The position numbers and the translations under genes were made by a program. This document shows, in pieces, positions 9,251 to 20,341 of a stretch of DNA of 64,000 nt. Source of the DNA: Propionibacteriales bacterium (GTDB lineage: Bacteria; Actinomycetota; Actinomycetes; Propionibacteriales; Nocardioidaceae); NCBI GenBank assembly GCA_038238115.1, contig JBBRYB010000015.1, forward strand, positions 17,656 through 81,655, in the 5' to 3' direction. The notes beneath the pieces are model-generated. The model was not told the DNA's origin, ran no database searches, and saw nothing but the letters and a program-made list of their open reading frames with translations. Within the stretch, counting starts at the first letter, position 1. Every line of letters starts with the position of its first letter.

Positions 9251-10030
9251 GTGGTCGCACGCACGCCCTGCTGTGAGGAGCACACCCTGAAAGCCGATCC
9301 TTTCGCCCAGCTGACGTTGCTCGACGTGCAACGCGTCGACGCGGCTCTGGACCAGCTGGCGCATCGTTCGAGGGCGCTTCCCGAGCAGGCCGCCCTCGCC
9401 GCCTTGGCCGAGCGCCGTACCGACGTCGCTGCACGCCACGGGCAGGCCCAGACGGAGGTCGACGACCTCGGCCGCGAACAGCGCAAGGCCGACGCCGACG
9501 TCGAACAGGTCAAGGCGCGCCGTCAACGCAACCGCGAGCGGATCGACGCGGGGCTCGTCGGCGACCCGAAACAGCTGCAGGCGATGCAACACGAGGTCGA
9601 ATCACTCGACCGCCGGATCAGCGACCTCGAGGACGAAGAGCTGGCCGTGATGGAGCGGCTGGAAGATGAGCAGAACCGCCTCGAGGCGTTGGCCGGGGAG
9701 CTCGCCAAGATCGAGGCGGACTCAGCCTTGCAGCTGCGGACCCGCGACGATGCGGCGAGCGCCATCAGCGGTCACGAGACCGAGCTGCGCGCCGAGCGAG
9801 AGCTGCTGGTGGCCGACCTACCTGCTGACCTGCTGAAGCTCTACGACCGCCTCCGCGAACAGCTCGGTGGCATCGGCGCGGGCGCTTTGCATCAGGGACG
9901 GTGCGAAGGGTGCCGGCTGGACGTCGGTGCGGCGGACCTGGCCCGGATGGCGACGGCGCCCAGCGACGAGGTGCTGCGCTGCGAGCAGTGCAACCGCATC
10001 CTGGTCCGGACGCCCGAGTCGGGGATCTGA
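9251..10030 (+). CDS. C4-type zinc-ribbon coiled-coil protein (COG1579 family)
   Basis: Long coiled coil followed by CEGC...CEQC. The start may instead be CTG 9287, which lies 6 nt after GAGGAG (9275-9280). Confidence 0.75.
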   Translation: MVARTPCCEEHTLKADPFAQLTLLDVQRVDAALDQLAHRSRALPEQAALAALAERRTDVAARHGQAQTEVDDLGREQRKADADVEQVKARRQRNRERIDAGLVGDPKQLQAMQHEVESLDRRISDLEDEELAVMERLEDEQNRLEALAGELAKIEADSALQLRTRDDAASAISGHETELRAERELLVADLPADLLKLYDRLREQLGGIGAGALHQGRCEGCRLDVGAADLARMATAPSDEVLRCEQCNRILVRTPESGI

Positions 10031-10039
10031 ACTTCGCCG

Positions 10040-11278
10040 ATGACGCACCGAAGCGTGGTCATCGAGGCCGACGGCGGCTCACGGGGAAATCCCGGACCCG
10101 CGGGCTTCGGGGCGTTGGTCAGAGACGCGGACACCGGCCAGGTGATCGCCATGGCGGCCAGGTCGATCGGGCGCGCGACAAACAACGTGGCGGAGTACAG
10201 CGGTCTGATCGCCGGTCTCGAGCTCTATCTCGAGCACACTCCGGGCGCGCAGCTCGAGGTTCGGATGGACTCCAAGCTCGTGATCGAGCAGATGGCCGGG
10301 CGCTGGAGGGTGAGGAACCAGGACATGCGGCCGCTGGCGATGAGAGCGCAGCAGCTTGCCCCTTCGGCAACAGCCTGGACGTGGGTGCCCCGTGAGTCCA
10401 ACACGGACGCTGACCGGCTCGCCAACCTCGCGATGGACGCTGCCGCGCGTGGCGAGATCTACGACGTGCAGGGCGAGAGCGGGTCGGGACAGGCGTTGGC
10501 TGACCAGCCGGATCTCACCACGGCCGGGCGCGCGTCGGCGGACCCGACCCCCGAGGCGCTGGAGCCGGCTGAGGATGTCGCAGCGCCGACACCCGACTCG
10601 GTCGCCGAGGCGGAGTCACCGCGGTCCGGTGCGCGCCCTTCGATCCTCGGCTGGAGCGGGCTGGAGGGTGAGGAGACGACGCTGATCTTCCTGCGCCACG
10701 GCGAGACGAAGCACACCGCTGCAAGGCGGTTCTCCGGCCCGGGGGGAGACGACCCCGGTCTGGATGAGACCGGTTGGGCACAGGTGCGCCGAGCCGCGGA
10801 CGCGCTCGCTGCGGACGGCGGCGTGGACGCGATCGTGTCGTCGCCGTTGCGACGTGCGCGCGAGACCGCGTCGGTCGTAGCCGAGTCGGTGCACGGTGAC
10901 GTGGTGATCGAGGAGGGCTTCCGAGAGGCCGCCTTCGGGGCCTGGGACGGGCTGACCCTACACGAGGTCCAGCAGAGGTGGCCGGACGAGCTCGATGCCT
11001 GGCTGCGCTCCTTCGCTCACGCGCCGCCCGGTGGTGAGTCCATCGAGGCGGTGCGGGCGCGCGTCGAGGAGGCGCTGGGCAGGATCCTGACGGCGTACGC
11101 CGGTCAGACGGTCCTGGTGGTGAGCCACGTCAACCCGATCAAGCTGTCGGTGCGCTACTGCCTTGAGGCGCCGATGGCGGTGACGAACAAGATGCTGCTC
11201 GCGCCGGCATCGCTGACGACGATGACGTTCTACGCCTCCGGAGCGTCGGCGCTGCGTCAGTTCTCGGCCATTCCCTGA
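10040..11278 (+). CDS. bifunctional RNase H / acid phosphatase (histidine phosphatase, CobC-like)
   Basis: N-terminal RNase HI fold (VVIEADGGSRGNPGPAG...NNVAEY), a low-complexity linker, and C-terminal FLRHGET, the His-phosphatase RHG motif. This is the architecture of Mtb Rv2228c (recalled). Confidence 0.85.
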   Translation: MTHRSVVIEADGGSRGNPGPAGFGALVRDADTGQVIAMAARSIGRATNNVAEYSGLIAGLELYLEHTPGAQLEVRMDSKLVIEQMAGRWRVRNQDMRPLAMRAQQLAPSATAWTWVPRESNTDADRLANLAMDAAARGEIYDVQGESGSGQALADQPDLTTAGRASADPTPEALEPAEDVAAPTPDSVAEAESPRSGARPSILGWSGLEGEETTLIFLRHGETKHTAARRFSGPGGDDPGLDETGWAQVRRAADALAADGGVDAIVSSPLRRARETASVVAESVHGDVVIEEGFREAAFGAWDGLTLHEVQQRWPDELDAWLRSFAHAPPGGESIEAVRARVEEALGRILTAYAGQTVLVVSHVNPIKLSVRYCLEAPMAVTNKMLLAPASLTTMTFYASGASALRQFSAIP

Positions 11279-11356
11279 CGGCTCTGGCGGCAGCGACCCC
11301 GACGGGCAGCAGCGAGGGCGCCGACCGCGATGCGGCCGGCGCCCTCGTTCCGTCGG

Positions 11357-13741
<2,385 letters not shown>

Positions 13742-14111
13742 GTCTCAGTCAACGTGATTACACACTTGCAGCATTCCTTCTGCAGAGACGTTCGCTGCAG
13801 GCGAAACGCCGGCCGCCCACCTCACCCCCCGCCGAGACGCCGCCAAAGGCCCGGTTCTACCGGCGTGTCGCAGCCTGCCGGACGGCGGGCGGGGGGCGCC
13901 TGGTGGACCGCTTGAGCCGGTGGCTCGGCAGCCGATGGCACCGTGGGCGGCTCGGGCCGACCGTCGTACCCGCCACCTGGCCGGCGTGCCCGGGAGAGGT
14001 CGCGGTGGGAACGTCGGCGCGTCGCAACGCGGTCCCACGCGGAGCGGCGCAGGACCGCGACATGGATATGGTGGAGCGGCACCAGCCGGCTGAGCGAAAC
14101 GGGAGCGTGTC

Positions 14112-15548
14112 GTGCCTCGACGCAGTGTGAACCTCCAAGACGAGGGCGGCAGCGGCTTTACCGATGGGATGCGCGCCATCGACGGCGAGCTCGGCGTGTC
14201 CCAGGAGTTTCCGCCTGAGGTGCTGGCCGCGGCAGAACGCGCGGCTGCGCGTCCGCAGCTGCCCGACCTGGACCGCACCGACATCCCCTTCGTGACGATC
14301 GACCCGGCCGGCTCCCACGACCTCGACCAGGCTCTGCACCTGGAGAGAACGGCTGACGGGTACCGGGTGCACTACGCGATCGCGGACGTGGCTGCCTTCG
14401 TGGCGCCCGGGGGACCGATCGATGACGAGGCGCACAGGCGGGGGCAGACGCTTTACGCGCCGGACCACCGCATCCCCCTTCACCCGCCGGTTCTGTCGGA
14501 GGGGGCTGCCAGCCTGTTGGCTGACCAGCTGCGACCGGCACTGCTGTGGACAGTCGATCTCGACGATCGAGGCGAGGGAGTCAAGGTCGACGTCGTGCGG
14601 GCCCGGGTCAGGAGTCGGGCGCAGCTGGACTACGAGGCGGCCCAGAAGCAGATCGATGGTGGCTCTGCCGATGAGGTCCTCATGCTGCTGAAGGAGGTGG
14701 GGGAGCTCCGCCAGGCTCGCGAAGGTGAGCGGGGCGGCATCAGCCTGGCGCTGCCTGAGCAGGAGGTCGACGTCACGGCGGCGGGTTGGTCGCTGCACTA
14801 CCGCACGCTGCTTCCCGTCGAGGAGTGGAATGCGCAGATCTCCCTGCTCACCGGGATGGGCGCGGCTGAGATCATGCTCTACGGCGAGGTGGGCATTGTG
14901 CGCACGCTGCCACCCGCGCCGGACTTCGCCGTGGCCAAGCTGCGACGCACAGCCGCCGCCCTGCACTTGAACTGGCATCCAGACGTCGACTATCCGGACT
15001 TCGTCCGGTCGCTCGACCCCAACACACCCGCCGGGGCGGCCATGGTCAACGCCTGCACGTCACTGCTGCGCGGCGCCGGGTATGTCGCTTTCGACGGAGG
15101 CGTGCCCGAGCACATCGAGCATGCGGCACTGGCTAGCGAGTACTCCCATGTAACGGCCCCCTTACGCCGGCTGGCCGACCGCTACGCCGGCGAGGTGGCG
15201 GTGTCGCTGTGCGCCGACCGCGACATCCCCGACTGGGTGAGGGGCAAGCTGCGCAAGCTGCCCAGGGAGATGGGCTCATCGGACCAGCGTGCACATCGCT
15301 TCGAACGGGCTGTCCTCGATCTCGTCGAGGCGGGCCTGCTCGAGGGCCGGGTCGGGGAAACGTTTCGAGGCTCGGTCATCGACGTGGACGTCAAGGACCC
15401 GTCACACGGGTCGGTCATCCTCCAGGACCCTGCCGTCGAGGCGAGGGTGGCAGGTTCAGGCGGCCCGCTGGAGCTAGGAGCGGAGGTGACGGTGCGGCTG
15501 GTTGTCGCAGACAAGGCAAGCCGCACGGTGCGCTTCGAGATCGCGTGA
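14112..15548 (+). CDS. RNB-domain exoribonuclease (RNase II/R family)
   Basis: IDPAGSHDLDQAL and HAALASEYSHVTAPLRRLADRY are hallmark RNB motifs. Confidence 0.8.
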   Translation: MPRRSVNLQDEGGSGFTDGMRAIDGELGVSQEFPPEVLAAAERAAARPQLPDLDRTDIPFVTIDPAGSHDLDQALHLERTADGYRVHYAIADVAAFVAPGGPIDDEAHRRGQTLYAPDHRIPLHPPVLSEGAASLLADQLRPALLWTVDLDDRGEGVKVDVVRARVRSRAQLDYEAAQKQIDGGSADEVLMLLKEVGELRQAREGERGGISLALPEQEVDVTAAGWSLHYRTLLPVEEWNAQISLLTGMGAAEIMLYGEVGIVRTLPPAPDFAVAKLRRTAAALHLNWHPDVDYPDFVRSLDPNTPAGAAMVNACTSLLRGAGYVAFDGGVPEHIEHAALASEYSHVTAPLRRLADRYAGEVAVSLCADRDIPDWVRGKLRKLPREMGSSDQRAHRFERAVLDLVEAGLLEGRVGETFRGSVIDVDVKDPSHGSVILQDPAVEARVAGSGGPLELGAEVTVRLVVADKASRTVRFEIA

Positions 15549-15590
15549 CCTGGTCGGTGGCAGGAGGGCCGGGCCCGGCGGGGCGCGGTC

Positions 15591-15638
15591 TGGCCAGACA
15601 ACCGCTTCACGGACTGGCCAGACAACCGTTTCACGGTT
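15591..15638. repeat. 24-bp direct tandem repeat, 2 copies
   Basis: ctggccagacaaccgcttcacgga (15591-15614) and ctggccagacaaccgtttcacggt (15615-15638), with 2 mismatches. Starts 43 nt after the RNB gene stop. Confidence 0.85.
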
Positions 15639-16090
15639 CGCCGAGGCCTCGCTTGTCGGGCGGCCGCTCGGCGTACACTTGGCGGTCCGGCGCTGGTCGG
15701 CGCCGCCCTCGCCCAGCTTCTCGACGGGGGCCAGACGTGGGCACGTCGACCGTTCTGCTCGGGGGACGGTACGGCAACTCACGATCGTTGAGGCGTAGCG
15801 ATGGCGTTCGGGCTGAACCCTGAGGCGGGTCCACTGCGAGCCATCGAACGCGAAACAGGGAGTCTCTGGCATACCGCCTCGCGTTTGCGCGGGACATCGG
15901 GCCCCGCGGTGGGCCCACCTACCTCCTGCGGGCTGAGACGATGTGCGGCCCTGCACCTACCTCGAGGACCACCTGAGGAGTAGCGATCCGCGATTCCCCG
16001 CGTCGAGTCATCGTGAGTCGGTCCGGAGGTGTTGCGATCGCGCTTCAACAGCTCGCCGTTCGATGTGGGCTGGACTAGACTTCCGCATGC

Positions 16091-16545
16091 GGGCGAGCCG
16101 ACCGGGCGGCCGCGACTCGCGGGCGGTGTACGACGTACACCGTCTGACGCGTCGAGGAAGGTCCGGACTCCGCAGGGCAAGGTGGTGGGTAACGCCCACC
16201 CGGGGTGACCCGCGGGACAGTGCCACAGAGACAGACCGCCAGCGGCTCCTGCTTCGGCAGGAGTGCGGGTAAGGGTGAAACGGTGGTGTAAGAGACCACC
16301 AGCGCCCCGGGTGACCGGGGCGGCTGGGCAAACCCCACCTGGAGCAAGACCAAGAAGGGCGCGCGGCCACGGCCGAGCGTCCGCGCAGACGACGTAACCT
16401 CACGGGTTACGAGAGGGCGGCCCGCCCGAGTCTGCGGGTAGGTCGCACGAGCGGCTCGGTAACGAGTCGCCTAGATGGATGGCTGCTCAGGACGGGACTG
16501 CGAGGTCCCTCCCCAACAGAATCCGGCCTATGAGTCGGCTCGCCC
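16091..16545 (+). ncRNA. rnpB: RNase P RNA, bacterial type A
   Basis: A 12-bp P1 helix (gggcgagccgac 16091-16102 pairs with gtcggctcgccc 16534-16545). Universal segments are present: gaggaaggtccggactcc, gggtaagggtgaaacggtggtgtaagagaccacc, caaaccccacctggagcaag and acagaatccggcctat. Confidence 0.9.
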
Positions 16546-16598
16546 GCCCCTTTTGCCGTCAGAGCGTCTGCTCATGACGAATCTGTGACCAACTGTGA

Positions 16599-16940
16599 CG
16601 CTCCCACGCTGCATTCATCCAGATCCGGAAACTCAAGGACACGTCCGGAACATTCCTGGTAGCTCCTGACCCGACCCAGGACGCCCTGTTCCGGCGCCTC
16701 GGCATCCCCGTGGTGGTCACCAACCGCATCCCCGAAGAGGCTGGCTCCACAGCCACAACATCGGTTGCTCTGCCCGACATGAGCAGGGTGGCCGTAGCCA
16801 GGGACACCGCACCAAGCGTGAAGATTCTCGACCAGTCGTTTGGACAGTACGACCAACAGGCAATCAGAGTGGTTGCCCGCTACGACACCAAGCCCATGCT
16901 GCCCGAGGCTGTGGTGATCCTCCGTGGAGTCAACGCTTGA
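16599..16940 (+). pseudogene. 5'-truncated coding remnant of unknown family
   Basis: The frame is open from 16599 with coding-like third-position GC. There is no ATG/GTG/TTG before GTG 16710 and no SD. It begins about 50 nt after the rnpB 3' end. Confidence 0.3.
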
Positions 16941-17359
16941 CAGACCTAGCACTCGCTGTCCCGCTACTCACGCTGCCAGCCGCTGTAGAGGCAACAGCCG
17001 CAGCGGTTTCCCTCAGTACGGGCAGCGACAGTGTGGGCACTCAGTACCCGCAGAGGTCGCATGGAGCTTGATCACCGGTCAACTCAGAGGACGCATCCCC
17101 TATCCAGTGCCCTTCGATCTAGTCGCAGTTGCCGTCAGTGTCGCAGTCAGGTGGTCTCAGTACTTGTCCAACAGCGAGAGTGTGCGCATCAACGCCAGTG
17201 AGGTAGCCGGGGGTCTACACACAACCGCAGTTCACCGGCTTCACCATCAGCGAACTGGTCTGCCTCTGGCGCTACCGAATTCGAACGGCGTAACGTGCCG
17301 CCTTACGACTGCAGAGGTCCCGCCATCGGGTGCCGTCCAATTGCAGCAAGGAGACTGTC

Positions 17360-17938
17360 ATGCGTCACCCACGCACCATGCTTGTCGCAACCGTGACGAT
17401 GGCTGCCCTGGCTGCGAGCCCCGCCGCCGCGGCGCCACCGACGTCAGACCGCCAACCGGACCCCTCCGGCGACGTGGTTCGGACGTACGCCGACGGACAC
17501 ATGTCGACCGGCTACGGCAAGTCAGACATCCATTCGGTCCGGTTGGCGCTCGCCAAGTCCCGCGGCAGTTCCGGGAAAGGCATCACCGTGACCGCCTTCT
17601 TGGACAAGGTCACCCCGGACATGATTCGTAAGCACCTGCACCTGACGGTTTGGTTCGTCACCGACACCGACCACGTCAGCAGAACTGTCACGACATACCG
17701 CGCCCACCGCACGATCACCAGAATGCACGGGTTCCCCGTTGACCAGTGCATACCGTACCCGGAGCGCTCCTATCGTCGCGAGACGCTGTCGATCGGACTC
17801 ACGAACGACAACGACTGCTGGCCCGGCGCGACGTCAGTCCGGGCACGGGCCCGCGTCGGCTACGACTTCTCGGCTGAGGGACGCGCGCGCGACGTCGGCC
17901 CGCGGCTCGGCCCGGTCGCCGTCCCAGCCGTCCCCTAG
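17360..17938 (+). CDS. secreted hypothetical protein
   Basis: ATG 17360 lies 6 nt after AAGGAG. Signal peptide MRHPRTMLVATVTMAALAASPAAAAP. No recognisable domain. Confidence 0.6.
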   Translation: MRHPRTMLVATVTMAALAASPAAAAPPTSDRQPDPSGDVVRTYADGHMSTGYGKSDIHSVRLALAKSRGSSGKGITVTAFLDKVTPDMIRKHLHLTVWFVTDTDHVSRTVTTYRAHRTITRMHGFPVDQCIPYPERSYRRETLSIGLTNDNDCWPGATSVRARARVGYDFSAEGRARDVGPRLGPVAVPAVP

Positions 17939-18024
17939 GCCCGTCCCTGGCTCCATCGCAATGAAGGGCACGTTCTTGCGAGCCTCGGGCCGGCGTCTCT
18001 CGTCGAAACGCAACTCTCGACGGG

Positions 18025-18243
18025 GTGAGCCCGAGGCCGCAAGGGCTACAGCCGACGCGGCCATATGTCAACTGCACAGCCCTCAACCGCGACTACGACC
18101 GCGGCATCAGCAACAGACATCTGACCCGACACGGATGGATCAAGCGCGGGGCCAGCGGGATGGGTGCCTACAGGCCGAGGCTTTAAAAGGCGGTGCACAG
18201 CAACCTCGACCGCGACGACGACCACATCGCCTGCGAGAACTGA
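18025..18243 (+). pseudogene. Excalibur calcium-binding domain remnant with an in-frame stop
   Basis: YVNCTALNRDYDRGI...GAYRPRL-TAA(18184-18186)-KAVHSNLDRDDDHIACEN matches the two ends of the Excalibur motif (NC...LDRDxDGxACE), interrupted by an in-frame TAA. No signal peptide upstream. Confidence 0.45.
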
Positions 18244-18401
18244 CGCCCTCGGTACGCGGATCGCTGTCCACTGACACTCGTCAGACCAGCCGGTCAGAGG
18301 CCGCCGACATCCACGACGCCCACACCTGCCGCGCCACACCTGTCACACAGACAACCGACACGCCGGCAGAACCGGGCCGTAGGTGGCGTCTCGGCGGGGG
18401 G

Positions 18402-19091
18402 TTAGAGGGCGGGGAAGCGGTCCAGACCGCGGACGTGCCAACCTGCGATGCGGTAGGCCTGCCGGTCCCTGGCGTAGTGGCGCATCGCGGCGTGGGTCTT
18501 CTTCCAGCGGTCGTGGCGCCAGGTGTAGGTGACGTCCTTGCCTCTGAAGTTGCCGTGGATCGTCCGGCCGGCGTACTTGCTCGTCATGGTGGCGCGGCCG
18601 CCCCGGATCGAGCGCCACCAGCCGAGCGCGATCGAGTACGCCGAGTCGACGTACCACCTGCCGTCGCTTGATGCCGGGGACCGTTCGACGACGAGTCTGC
18701 CGCCGCGGTGCGTCAGCATCGTGTATGCCGGCGTGTGCGCGCCCAGGGTCACACCCGCCAGCAGCTCGACCCCCCGCCGGCCGTCGACGTGAGCAGCGCC
18801 CGCCCACGCGTGGCCGCGTGGCCACAGGTGCACGTCGAGCCGCCGGCGCAGCTGCTCTCCGTCGGCCGTGGCAACCCGGATGACCGCCGTGTGCCGGCTC
18901 TTGTTCACCCAGGCGACCCGGTCGGGCCGGCCGTCGCCGTCGACGTCGGCGCGGCTGACGATCCGGCAGTGCGGTGTGTCACCGCAGAGCCCTCCCGTTG
19001 CACGGGCACTCGCCGGTGGAGCGGCGCCTGTGCCCAGCCCGCTGAGCGTGACGGCGGAGACGAGCGCGACGAGGGTGCGGCTGGCGGTCAT
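18402..19091 (-). CDS. secreted protein with an FG-GAP/VCBS-like calcium-binding motif
   Basis: ATG 19091 is preceded by GGAGGAAGC. Signal peptide MTASRTLVALVSAVTLSGLGTGAAPPASA. DVDGDGRPD motif. Confidence 0.65.
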   Translation of the reverse strand: MTASRTLVALVSAVTLSGLGTGAAPPASARATGGLCGDTPHCRIVSRADVDGDGRPDRVAWVNKSRHTAVIRVATADGEQLRRRLDVHLWPRGHAWAGAAHVDGRRGVELLAGVTLGAHTPAYTMLTHRGGRLVVERSPASSDGRWYVDSAYSIALGWWRSIRGGRATMTSKYAGRTIHGNFRGKDVTYTWRHDRWKKTHAAMRHYARDRQAYRIAGWHVRGLDRFPAL

Positions 19092-19300
19092 GCTTCCTCC
19101 TCGAATGCAAGCCGGCGCTGTGACCTCTTTATCCAACCCGAACGGAGCGACGCCGCGCCACCGGCTCGCCGACGTTGCAGCCGTGTCGTCGGCACGATAT
19201 CGCCGGAAATCGGGTATAGGGCGCCAGCCGGGTAGCATCCCAACCAGGGCATCAGGGCAGCGGTCGACGTCTGCAACTGATCCGAGAGAGGCAGACGATC

Positions 19301-20341
19301 GTGAGGCTGCGTACCGTTTCGCCTAACGACGCCGGCTGGACCCGTCGACGATCCGGTCGGGGCTTCGCCTACCTCGACCAGCACGGCGGCCGGCTGCCTG
19401 CACACGACGTCGAGCGCATCAAGGCCCTCGTCATACCTCCGGCCTGGCGCGACGTGTGGATCTCCCCGGCCGCCAACGGCCACATCCAGGTGGTCGGCAC
19501 CGACGACGCAGGGCGGCGCCAGTACCTCTACCACCCGGAGTGGCGGCGCAAGCGGGACGAGGCGAAGTTCGACCGGATCCTCATCATGGCCAAGGCCCTG
19601 CCTCGCGCTCGACTGCGCCTGCTCGCCGACCTCGAGGACGACGGCCTCACGCGACCGAGGGTTCTGGCGACAGCCGTTCGCCTCATCGACGTCGGCTACT
19701 TCCGGATCGGGAACGACGTGTACGCCGACGAGCACGGCAGCTACGGGCTGACGACTCTCGAGCGCCGCCATGTGCGCCAGCGGGACGACGGGTTGTTGTT
19801 CTCCTTCGTCGGGAAGTCCGGCATTCAGCACGACGTCGAGGTCGAGGACGTTGAGATCTGCGACGTGGTGCAGCAGATGAGGCGGCGCCGGGGCGGCGGG
19901 GAGCGGCTGCTCGCCTACAAGCAGGGCGCCCGCTGGTGCCACGTCGGCGCGGCCGACGTCAACGAGTACCTCCAGGACATCTTCTCGTTGGCAGTGACCG
20001 CGAAGGACTTCCGCACCTGGCACGCCACGGTCATCGCCGCGGCGGCGCTCGGCGACAACGGCTCGGTGGGAGCGACCAAGACCGCCCGCAAGAGAGCGAT
20101 CCGCTCGGCGGTCGTCGAGGTGTCGGACTACCTCGGCAACACGCCCACGATTGCCAGGAACTCCTACATCCATCCGCGCGTGATCGACCTCTACGAGGAC
20201 GGTACGACGATCGCGCCTGCCCTCCAACGCGCCCCCAAGGACCTGCAGCGCCGCCAGGAGCGGTTGGAGGGCGCCGTGCTGCGGATGCTGGGCACCGCGT
20301 CCAGCTCGGCGCAGCGGTCGCGGCGTACAGGTGTCGGATGA
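19301..20341 (+). CDS. DNA topoisomerase IB (poxvirus-like bacterial type)
   Basis: GRGFAYLD, IPPAWRDVWI, GTDDAGRRQYLYHP, TAKDFRTWHAT and the catalytic Tyr context ARNSYIHP. Confidence 0.85.
   Translation: MRLRTVSPNDAGWTRRRSGRGFAYLDQHGGRLPAHDVERIKALVIPPAWRDVWISPAANGHIQVVGTDDAGRRQYLYHPEWRRKRDEAKFDRILIMAKALPRARLRLLADLEDDGLTRPRVLATAVRLIDVGYFRIGNDVYADEHGSYGLTTLERRHVRQRDDGLLFSFVGKSGIQHDVEVEDVEICDVVQQMRRRRGGGERLLAYKQGARWCHVGAADVNEYLQDIFSLAVTAKDFRTWHATVIAAAALGDNGSVGATKTARKRAIRSAVVEVSDYLGNTPTIARNSYIHPRVIDLYEDGTTIAPALQRAPKDLQRRQERLEGAVLRMLGTASSSAQRSRRTGVG

Noticed and set aside
15943-16403. Several 90-130-aa ORFs on both strands (15943-16272, 16008-16403, 16075-16353).
   Set aside because: They overlap the RNase P RNA gene, whose conserved helices explain the sequence.
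16546-19300. Searched the lower-GC islet for an integrase, transposase, or terminal inverted or direct repeats that would define a mobile element.
   Set aside because: No recombinase-like ORF and no convincing duplication of the rnpB 3' end were found, so it is not called a mobile element, only an atypical islet.
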